Positions 19,584 to 32,000 of a DNA stretch of 32,000 nt are shown here, one piece after another. The notes under the pieces were generated by a model. That model did no database searches. It was given only the letters and a program-made list of their open reading frames with translations, and had not been told where the DNA came from. How positions within the stretch are numbered: the stretch's first letter is position 1; each line of letters begins with the position of its first letter. This DNA comes from Candidatus Saccharimonadota bacterium (GTDB lineage: Bacteria; Pseudomonadota; Gammaproteobacteria; Enterobacterales; Enterobacteriaceae): assembly GCA_049942965.1 (NCBI GenBank), contig CP188088.1:498864-530863 (forward strand), given 5' to 3'. Position numbers and translations under genes: made by a program.

Positions 19584-20697
19584 AATTTACTATACAAAAA
19601 GAAGAAATAATAAAATCACTTAAAAAAACTAATGTTTTATTAGGAACAAGAACAGATCTACCGATATTAAGTAATATTTTAGTTTTTATTAAAAAAAACT
19701 ACTTATTTCTTACATCTACTAACTTAGAAATTGAAATAACTACTAAAACATATTTGAAATTACCTTTCCAAGAAGGAAAAACAACCGTTCCTGGTAAAAA
19801 ATTTCTAGATATATGTCGCTCTTTTCCAAAAAAAGAAAACCTAATAATTTTCCAAAAAGAAAACAAAGTTATAATTACTTCGAAAAAAATTTTTTTTTCT
19901 TTAATTACATTACCTCATAAAAATTTTCCTATATTTCCTAATGAATTAAAAAAAAAAAAATTGATTTTTTTATTTCAGAAAAAATTTTAAAAAAAAGCAT
20001 AAAACATACAAATTTTTGTATGGCACATTCAGATGTTCGTCACTATTTAAATGGTACATTATTTGAAATAAAAAACAATTATATTAAAAGTACATCAACA
20101 GATGGATATAGAATTTCAACTTATAAAAAAAATATTAAAACAGAAAGTTTAAAAGAATCAATAATTATTCCTAGATTAACGATTAACGAATTGTTTAAAA
20201 TTTTACAAGATAAATCTTCTTTGATAAAAATATCTATTTTTGAAAAAAAAAATATTTGTGTTAAAACTAATGATTTAACTTTTACTAGTAAATTAGTAGA
20301 TGGAGAATTTCCAAACTGCAAAAATTTATTTGCAAAAGAAAAAAACAGAAAAAAAATAATAATAAACAAAACAAAATTCCAAGATGCATTACATAGAATT
20401 TCAATTTTATGTAATGAACAACTTAATGGAATTTCTTTGTTTATTGACGATAAATACATAAAAATCACAAGTCAAAATCAAAAAGATGAATTCGCAGAAG
20501 AAACAATAGAAATAATTAATCAAAATAATTTAAAAAAAATTAATATTTCTATAAATGTAAACTACATTTTAGATGTGATAAAGGTAATAGAAGGAACTTC
20601 GATCCAACTAATAATTAATCAAGATCTATCTAACATTCAAATTAAGGATTGTGAAGATAGCTCTTCTAAATATTTAATAATGTCTCTTCGAATATAA
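19580..20697 (+). CDS. dnaN: DNA polymerase III beta sliding clamp, interrupted by a frameshift in an A13 tract (pseudogene, sequencing error or slippage-rescued)
   Basis: The ORF at 19580-19990 begins MKFTIQKEE...LPILSNIL...[16 protein letters not shown]...FSLITLP..NFP. The ORF at 20020-20697 begins [15 protein letters not shown], then [17 protein letters not shown] and YLIMSLRI. Together they are colinear with E. coli DnaN (366 aa). The start overlaps the dnaA stop (ATGA at 19580-19583). Confidence 0.93.
19948..19960 (+). repeat. A13 homopolymer inside dnaN (frameshift site)
   Basis: I counted an uninterrupted A run from 19948 to 19960. The downstream frame opens at 19945, after the TGA at 19942-19944. 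The upstream frame closes at the TAA at 19988-19990. Confidence 0.95.
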
Positions 20698-20829
20698 AAA
20701 AAATACTTTTTAAATAAAAAATATTTTGATTAAAAAAATTAAAAATCTTTTCTTTAATTAAGTTTAAAAAAAATATATATGTTTATAAAAAATACTTTTT
20801 CGTAAAATAATTATAAATTTATTGATTAA

Positions 20830-23259
<2,430 letters not shown>

Positions 23260-23300
23260 AAAAATAAAAAAATTGAATAAAAAAATATATATTTTAAATT

Positions 23301-23340
23301 TTTTAATAAAAAATACGGCAGGAGCAATCTTGACCTGCCG
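23301..23340 (-). terminator. Intrinsic terminator candidate for the atp operon (GC-rich 7-bp stem plus T-rich tail on the minus strand)
   Basis: cggcagg (23316-23322) pairs with cctgccg (23334-23340) around an 11-nt loop. The minus-strand continuation reads tatttttattaaaa. It sits 27 nt downstream of the atpC stop, between convergent gyrB and atpC. There is no T-tract on the plus side. Confidence 0.55.
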
Positions 23341-23366
23341 ATCAAATGAAATAAAAAATTTATATT

Positions 23367-23780
23367 TTATTTACAATTAATCATATTAATGATTTTTAAT
23401 TTTTCTAAGGATTCTTGTAATTTATTTAAAATATGATTTTTATTATTTTGACTAAAATCCTTATTTTTAATTTTTCTTTCCAAATTTTTTTTTTCTTTTA
23501 AAATTAATTTTTTATTTAGATCTTTTTTAAATATAATTGTATCTGAAAAGATCGTAACTTTTTCAGGTTTTACTTCTAGAATTCCTGAAGATAAATAGAT
23601 AAATTCTTTATTTTTTAATTCTTTTTCTATTAATAATAACCCCGGTTTTAAATAAGTAAGTAAATGTGAATGACCTGGATAAATTCCTAACTGTCCTAAT
23701 ATCCCTGTTACGTTAATTTTTAATATAAAACCAGAAAAAAAAACTTTCTCCATGCTAATTAAACTACAATAAAAACGCAT
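23367..23780 (-). CDS. atpC: F1 ATP synthase epsilon subunit
   Basis: 137 aa against 139 in E. coli. Carries FFSG...KI.VTG..G.LGIYPGH..LLT.LKPG and FIYLS.GILEV.PE.VTI..DT. It is the last gene of the atp operon. Confidence 0.9.
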   Translation of the reverse strand: MRFYCSLISMEKVFFSGFILKINVTGILGQLGIYPGHSHLLTYLKPGLLLIEKELKNKEFIYLSSGILEVKPEKVTIFSDTIIFKKDLNKKLILKEKKNLERKIKNKDFSQNNKNHILNKLQESLEKLKIINMINCK

Positions 23781-23823
23781 AAATAATACCTTAATTTTAA
23801 CTAATGAAAAATAAGAATTCTAT

Positions 23824-25227
<1,404 letters not shown>

Positions 25228-25245
25228 TTACTTCTATTCTAAATT

Positions 25246-26112
25246 TTATAAAATTGCAGAAGAACCTGAAATAATTTCAGTTAGTTCTTGAGTAATACTA
25301 GATTGACGTAATTTGTTATAAATTAATCTATATTCATGAATTGATTTTTTGCTGTTATCAGTAGCTGTTCTCATGGCTATCATACGAGCAGATAACTCGC
25401 TAGAAATATTTTCTAATATATTTTTATATATTTTAGATTCAATAAATTTATTCAAAATAACATCTAATAAAAAATAAAAATTTGGTTCATATAGATAACT
25501 CCAATTTTTTTTTTTTTTATTGTTATCTTTTAAAATAATCGGTAATAATTTAACAAACTTTGGATTATACATCATTGAATTTTCAAAGTGATTATAAGAA
25601 ATATAAATTTCATCAATTAATTTAGAATTATAAGAATTTAAAAATTTTTTAATAGAGCTTTTAATTTTAATAAAATCAAAACGTTCACTAATACTATCTG
25701 AATAAGAGACAATTTTATTCTGATAATTAGAAAAAAAATTTAATCCTTTCAAACCAAAAATAATTAATTCATAATCAATATTATTCTTTAGCAATCGTTT
25801 TATTTCAAATAGTATTTTTTTAAAAAGATTATTGTTCAAACTACCACACAAACCTCTATTTGTAGAAATAATGATTATTCCTACTTTTTTTATTTTTCTT
25901 TCTTCTAAATAAAGATGTTTACAACTTAAATTATTCTCTAAAACAACATTTTTAACAAGTTTCTTTATATTATTTAAATAATGAAAACTATCTATCATCT
26001 TAATTTTCATTTTTCTCATTTTAGAGACAGCAACCATTTCCATTGCTTGAGTAATTTTTTGAGTATTTAAAACAGCATTAATTTTATCTCTAATTTCTTT
26101 CGATGAAGACAT
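25246..26112 (-). CDS. atpG: F1 ATP synthase gamma subunit
   Basis: From the ATG at 26112 the product is 288 aa: MSSSKEIRDKINAVLNTQKITQAMEMVAVSKMRK ... QSSITQELTEIISGSSAIL, colinear with E. coli AtpG (287 aa). The track start at 26145 would overlap the atpA 3' end and adds non-homologous residues. Confidence 0.93.
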   Translation of the reverse strand: MSSSKEIRDKINAVLNTQKITQAMEMVAVSKMRKMKIKMIDSFHYLNNIKKLVKNVVLENNLSCKHLYLEERKIKKVGIIIISTNRGLCGSLNNNLFKKILFEIKRLLKNNIDYELIIFGLKGLNFFSNYQNKIVSYSDSISERFDFIKIKSSIKKFLNSYNSKLIDEIYISYNHFENSMMYNPKFVKLLPIILKDNNKKKKNWSYLYEPNFYFLLDVILNKFIESKIYKNILENISSELSARMIAMRTATDNSKKSIHEYRLIYNKLRQSSITQELTEIISGSSAIL

Positions 26113-26135
26113 TGATAATCCTAAAATTATATTTT

Positions 26136-27713
26136 TTATGTACAATTTGAAAAAAAACCATTAACCTCTTCTTTTTTAAAACGGTTAATTACCGATAAAA
26201 AAGCAATTTCAATATCTTTATTATATTTTCCCGATAAATTAATAGAATTAATTAAACTAGAATAATTTTGATTAAAAAATTTTAAAAAAAAATATTCGAA
26301 AAGAACAATATTTTTTACTTCTATGGAATCTAAAAAACCATTTTCATAAATAAATAACAATATTCCTTGTTCAGCAATAGAAATCGGAGAATATTGTTTC
26401 TGTTTTAGTAATTCAATAATTTTTTCTCCATAAATCAATTGTTTTCTAGTTGATGGATCTAAATCAGAAGAAAACTGAGAAAACGAAGATAATTCTCTAT
26501 ACTGGGCAAGAGCTGTACGAATCTTTCCTGAAAAAACTTTTATTATTTCTCTTTGAGCCGAACTACCAATTCTAGAAACTGAAATTCCAGGATTAATAGC
26601 AGGTCGAATTCCCGAATTAAATAAAGAAGTTTCTAAAAATATTTGACCGTCAGTAATTGAAATTACATTTGTAGGTACAAATGAAGAAACATCACCTGCT
26701 TGTGTTTCAATTATAGGTATAGCTGTTAATGAACCAGTTCTATTTCTAACAGAACCATTAGTAATTCTTTCAACACAACTAGAACTAATTTGAGCTGATC
26801 GCTCTAACAATCTAGAATGTAAATAAAAAATATCTCCTGGATAAGCTTCTCTTCCAGGAGGACGTTTTAATAATAATGAGATTTGTCGATAAGCTACTGC
26901 ATGTTTAGATAAATCGTCATATATAATTAAAGCATCTTCGCCTCTATCTCTAAAAAATTCTCCCATACAACAACCTGAATATGGAGCCAAATATTGTAAA
27001 GCAGCAGATTCAGACGCTGAAGCTACTAAAATGATCGTATGATCTAACGAGTCATATTCTTTTAATTTTTGTACAATATCAACTACTGTAGAAATTTTTT
27101 GTCCTATTGCTACATATATACACTTTACATCAGAATTTTTTTGATTAATTATTGTATCTATAGCAATAGCTGTTTTTCCTGTTTGTCTATCTCCTATAAT
27201 TAGTTCTCTTTGTCCTTTTCCTATTGGAATCATGGAATCAATAGCTTTATAACCGGTTTGGATTGGTTCATTGATAGATTTTCTATCGATTACACTTGGA
27301 GCATCCACTTCTATAGACGAAAATGAATCATTTTTTATTATCCCTTTTCCATCTATAGGTTCTCCTAAAGTATTCACAACTCTTCCTAATAAATTTCTAC
27401 CAACAGGAACTGAAAACACCTTACCTGTACATTTAACAATCATTCCTTCCACAATTTTCTGACAAGAACCAAGAACTACAGCTCCAACTACATCTCTTTC
27501 TAAATTCAATACAATTGCATATTGAACTATTATATCTTCTCCTTGTAATACAAGCATCTCACCCAACATAGCATTAGGTAAACCATAAATTTCTATTATT
27601 CCGTCAATAACTGAAATTATTGTTCCTTCATGACTTGTTATACAGTTAGCAATATCAAGTTCATTTATTCTTTTTTGAATTAAGTTACTTATTTCAATTG
27701 CATTAACTCTCAT
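26136..27713 (-). CDS. atpA: F1 ATP synthase alpha subunit
   Basis: 525 aa. Carries the Walker A motif [18 protein letters not shown], then [41 protein letters not shown] and [15 protein letters not shown]. Confidence 0.98.
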   Translation of the reverse strand: MRVNAIEISNLIQKRINELDIANCITSHEGTIISVIDGIIEIYGLPNAMLGEMLVLQGEDIIVQYAIVLNLERDVVGAVVLGSCQKIVEGMIVKCTGKVFSVPVGRNLLGRVVNTLGEPIDGKGIIKNDSFSSIEVDAPSVIDRKSINEPIQTGYKAIDSMIPIGKGQRELIIGDRQTGKTAIAIDTIINQKNSDVKCIYVAIGQKISTVVDIVQKLKEYDSLDHTIILVASASESAALQYLAPYSGCCMGEFFRDRGEDALIIYDDLSKHAVAYRQISLLLKRPPGREAYPGDIFYLHSRLLERSAQISSSCVERITNGSVRNRTGSLTAIPIIETQAGDVSSFVPTNVISITDGQIFLETSLFNSGIRPAINPGISVSRIGSSAQREIIKVFSGKIRTALAQYRELSSFSQFSSDLDPSTRKQLIYGEKIIELLKQKQYSPISIAEQGILLFIYENGFLDSIEVKNIVLFEYFFLKFFNQNYSSLINSINLSGKYNKDIEIAFLSVINRFKKEEVNGFFSNCT

Positions 27714-28260
27714 TAGTTACTTTCTCTTTACTATTCAAAAAATTATTTATTTGTCTCATTTGAGCTAAAATTGAAAAATCAATTTTTTTACCATCAACTA
27801 ATATAATTAAACCACCGATAATAGATTTATCTATTTTTTGTTTTATTAAAATTTTTTTTAATGGATAATCTTTAACTAGTTTTTTAGTGATTTTATCTAG
27901 AATTAATGATTCTATTCGATAAACAGAAATTAAAAAAATCTCAATAATATTATCTTTCAAATTTTTAAGAATAGAAAATTGTTTTAATATCTCTGGAAGT
28001 AAAAGTAAACGATTGTTCTCTATAATTAGAGAAAGTAAATTTCTAACTTTTCTATCAATTTTATTATTTAATACAGAATAAAAAATTTCCAAAACATAAT
28101 TTTTTGAGAAAAAAATTTTTTTTTTTACTATATCTAATTCAATAACTTTAGAAAACAAATCTAATACATATTCCCAATATTCTATTGATCCATCTTTTAC
28201 AGCTATATTTAAAATAGCTTTCGAATAATTACGAGCAATTGTTATTCTATTTTGTAACAT
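27703..28260 (-). CDS. atpH: F1 ATP synthase delta subunit
   Basis: 185 aa. The N-terminal [16 protein letters not shown] resembles E. coli ITVARPYAKAAFDFAV, and GG..I.V....D.S is present near the C-terminus. It sits between atpF and atpA, and its 3' end overlaps the atpA start by 11 nt. Confidence 0.9.
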   Translation of the reverse strand: MLQNRITIARNYSKAILNIAVKDGSIEYWEYVLDLFSKVIELDIVKKKIFFSKNYVLEIFYSVLNNKIDRKVRNLLSLIIENNRLLLLPEILKQFSILKNLKDNIIEIFLISVYRIESLILDKITKKLVKDYPLKKILIKQKIDKSIIGGLIILVDGKKIDFSILAQMRQINNFLNSKEKVTNES

Positions 28261-28279
28261 TATTTGTATTATTCCTTTA

Positions 28280-28750
28280 TTAAAAATCAGACATCGCTTT
28301 ATTAATTAGTTCATAGTGTTCTTTCTTATTAATACTACGATTTAAAATTTTTTTAGCTATAGATATGGATAATACACCTAATTTTTTTCTTAATTGTTCA
28401 TTAGCATTAAATGATTCAATTTCAATGATATTTCTAGCAGAATCAATGATCTTTTTGCTTTTTTTATCAGCACTTCTTTTAGCTTCTTCTAAAATTAAAT
28501 TTTTATTTTTATTAGCTAAATCAATAATTTCAGAAGCTTTTCTTTTAGCTTTTTTAACATCCTCCCTTAATTTTTTTCTTTCCATAATAATATTTCGTTT
28601 AGCTATTTCAATTTCTAAAAAAGAACTTTCGATATCTTTTTGTCTAGTTTCAATCACATTTATCAAATTTGGCCATATGTAATTCATACAAATATAAACA
28701 AAAAAAATAAAAGAAATAGATTGACCAATAATAGTAGCATTAAAATTCAT
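28280..28750 (-). CDS. atpF: F0 ATP synthase subunit b
   Basis: 156 aa, identical in length to E. coli. MNFNATIIGQSISFIFFVYICMNYIWPNLINVIETRQKDI matches [40 protein letters not shown]. Confidence 0.94.
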   Translation of the reverse strand: MNFNATIIGQSISFIFFVYICMNYIWPNLINVIETRQKDIESSFLEIEIAKRNIIMERKKLREDVKKAKRKASEIIDLANKNKNLILEEAKRSADKKSKKIIDSARNIIEIESFNANEQLRKKLGVLSISIAKKILNRSINKKEHYELINKAMSDF

Positions 28751-28822
28751 ATTAACTATTTCCCATAATAATCAATAATTGCTTTATCGTTTTTATTACA
28801 TTTTTTACAAATTAATTAATCA

Positions 28823-29062
<240 letters not shown>

Positions 29063-29096
29063 TTATTTTTCTCTAAATAATTATTTTTTTTAAAAA

Positions 29097-29972
<876 letters not shown>

Positions 29973-30104
29973 TTATATATAACATACAAAAAAAATAATT
30001 TCTATTATCAAGATACCTAAAAAATAACTTAAAGAAAATAAAACTAGATCTTTTCATATACAACTTGTAAAATTTTTATAAAAATGCAAATGAACAATTT
30101 TAAA

Positions 30105-32000
30105 TTAATTTTTTAATAAAGACATTTTTTTTAAATAAATTAATAATATAGAAATAGCTGCTGGAGTAATTCCAGAAATACGAGAAGCTTGACCTACTGA
30201 AACTGGCTTATAAGCATTTAATTTTAAACTAACTTCTTTAGATAATCCTTTAATATCGTTATAATCTATACTAATAGGTAATTTAGTTCTGTCATTTAAT
30301 CTTTGTCGAAAATTTTCTTTAATTTGTCGATTTATATAACCTTCATATTTAATTTGAGTTTCAATATAACTCATAATCTCATTACTACAATTGGAAAATT
30401 CATCTATAAAAATGTTATTTTCAATTAATGATAGAAAATTTATTTCAGGTCGTTTTAATAATTTTTCTAAACTAACTTTTGTATTAATTAATACATTCAT
30501 CTTACTTCTTAATTTCAAACTCACTTTAGAATTAGGTACAATAATAATTTTTTTTAACTCTCTTTTTTGAAATTCAATATTAGATAATTTTTTATTAAAA
30601 CAATTCCACCTATTATCACAAATCAAATTTAATTTTTTTCCAATTTTAGTTAATCTTATATCAGCATTATCTTCTCTTAAAAATAATCTATTTTCAGCAC
30701 GAGCTGTAAACATTCTATACGGTTCTGTTGTACCCCGATTACACAAATCATCAATTAAAACTCCAATATATGCTTCATCCCTTTTAGGATACCAAAATTT
30801 ACTAGTATCTAAAGAAAACAAGGCGGCATTAATACCTGCCAATAAACCTTGTGCAGCTGCTTCTTCATAACCAGTAGTTCCATTTATTTGACCAGCTAAA
30901 AATAATCCTTTAATTAATTTACTTTCTAATGTTAACTTTAAATCTCTAGGATCTAAATAATCATATTCTACAGCATAACCTGGATGAATGATTTTAGCTT
31001 TTTCTAAACCATAAATTGAATTTACAATTTTTTTCTGAATATTAATAGGAAAACTGGTAGAAATTCCATTAGGATAAATTTCTTGTTGTAATAAACCTTC
31101 CGGTTCTAAAAAAATACGATGATTATTTCTATCTGGAAATCGAATTACCTTGTCTTCAATAGAAGGACAATATCTTGGTCCACATCCTTGTATTAAACCT
31201 TTGTAAACAGGATTACTAATTAAGTTTTTTCTTATAATTTCATGAGTATTTTCATTGGTTTCAGTAATAAAGCAAGAAACTTGTAAAGGATGGTCACTAG
31301 CTTTACCCATAAAAGAAAAAACAGGTGTAGGCACATCTCCATTTTGTACTTTTAATTTAGAAAAATCAATAGTTCTTCCATCAATCCTAGGAGGAGTTCC
31401 AGTTTTTAATCTTCCTACACGAAAGGATAGATCTTTAATGTTGTCTGATAAAAAAACTGACGATTTATCTTTAATTCTACCACCAAAATAACACTTATTG
31501 CCAATGTAAATCTTTCCGGATAAAAAAGTACCTGTAGTTAATACAACTGTTTTAGAAAAAAATTTATTATTTTTAATGGTGATTACCCCAGAAATAGAAG
31601 ATTTATCTATGATCAAACTTTTTACTTCATCTTCCAGCAAAAATAAATTTTTTTGTTTTTTGATTGTTTCTATAACTACTTTTCTATATAAACTTCTATC
31701 AGCTTGACCTCTAGTAGATCTTACAGCAGCTCCTTTTGTAGAATTTAAAATTTTAAAATGAATTCCAGAATGATCAATTGCTTTAGCCATCAATCCACCC
31801 AAAGCATCTATTTCTTTAACTAAATGACTTTTTCCAATTCCACCAATTGATGGATTGCAAGATAAATAACCAATTGTTTTTATTTTTTGAGTTAATAATA
31901 AAGTTTTTCTTCCCATTCGAGAAGAAGCTAAAGCTGATTCTGTACCTGCATGTCCTCCTCCAACAACAATTACATCGAAAATTTTTTTATTTAATGCCAT
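30105..32000 (-). CDS. mnmG: tRNA uridine 5-carboxymethylaminomethyl modification enzyme MnmG (GidA)
   Basis: 631 aa. Begins [23 protein letters not shown] (FAD-binding GxGxxG), carries [11 protein letters not shown] and [23 protein letters not shown], and has a C-terminal [15 protein letters not shown]. The start codon is the last three bases of the window. Confidence 0.98.
   Translation of the reverse strand: MALNKKIFDVIVVGGGHAGTESALASSRMGRKTLLLTQKIKTIGYLSCNPSIGGIGKSHLVKEIDALGGLMAKAIDHSGIHFKILNSTKGAAVRSTRGQADRSLYRKVVIETIKKQKNLFLLEDEVKSLIIDKSSISGVITIKNNKFFSKTVVLTTGTFLSGKIYIGNKCYFGGRIKDKSSVFLSDNIKDLSFRVGRLKTGTPPRIDGRTIDFSKLKVQNGDVPTPVFSFMGKASDHPLQVSCFITETNENTHEIIRKNLISNPVYKGLIQGCGPRYCPSIEDKVIRFPDRNNHRIFLEPEGLLQQEIYPNGISTSFPINIQKKIVNSIYGLEKAKIIHPGYAVEYDYLDPRDLKLTLESKLIKGLFLAGQINGTTGYEEAAAQGLLAGINAALFSLDTSKFWYPKRDEAYIGVLIDDLCNRGTTEPYRMFTARAENRLFLREDNADIRLTKIGKKLNLICDNRWNCFNKKLSNIEFQKRELKKIIIVPNSKVSLKLRSKMNVLINTKVSLEKLLKRPEINFLSLIENNIFIDEFSNCSNEIMSYIETQIKYEGYINRQIKENFRQRLNDRTKLPISIDYNDIKGLSKEVSLKLNAYKPVSVGQASRISGITPAAISILLIYLKKMSLLKN

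Overview
This window is extremely AT-rich (roughly four-fifths A+T by eye), gene-dense and free of mobile DNA. Every long ORF is a close homologue of an Escherichia coli housekeeping protein. The gene order is rpoC' - purH / metE - yigL - rpoH - ftsY / rsmD - dnaT - dnaC / efp - groEL - groES / tRNA-Phe / mnmE - yidC - yidD - rnpA - rpmH / dnaA - dnaN - gyrB / atpCDGAHFEB - mnmG. From memory, this matches the origin-proximal core of a Buchnera aphidicola-type aphid endosymbiont, read in reverse orientation. mnmG starts exactly at the right edge, so oriC probably lies just outside the window. I call 29 protein genes (two of them, rpmH and yidD, are absent from the ORF track), one tRNA, a sigma-32 heat-shock promoter, a candidate tRNA promoter and three intrinsic-terminator candidates. 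I see no evidence of a novel multigene system: there is no defence, toxin, secretion, CRISPR, phage or IS content. The best lead is that two adjacent essential replication genes, dnaA and dnaN, are each broken by one frameshift inside a long poly(A) tract (A23 and A13). Both need the same correction (+1 A or -2 A), and both halves of each gene remain well conserved. That points either to homopolymer sequencing error or to rescue by transcriptional slippage, not to decay. Lesser observations are an A26/T26 homopolymer directly after the yidC stop, many in-frame homopolymers of 10 nt or more in intact genes, a C-terminally short unlisted yidD, tandem hairpins downstream of metE, and clean deletion scars where E. 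coli carries recF, ftsEX, rsmG-atpI, metR and purD.
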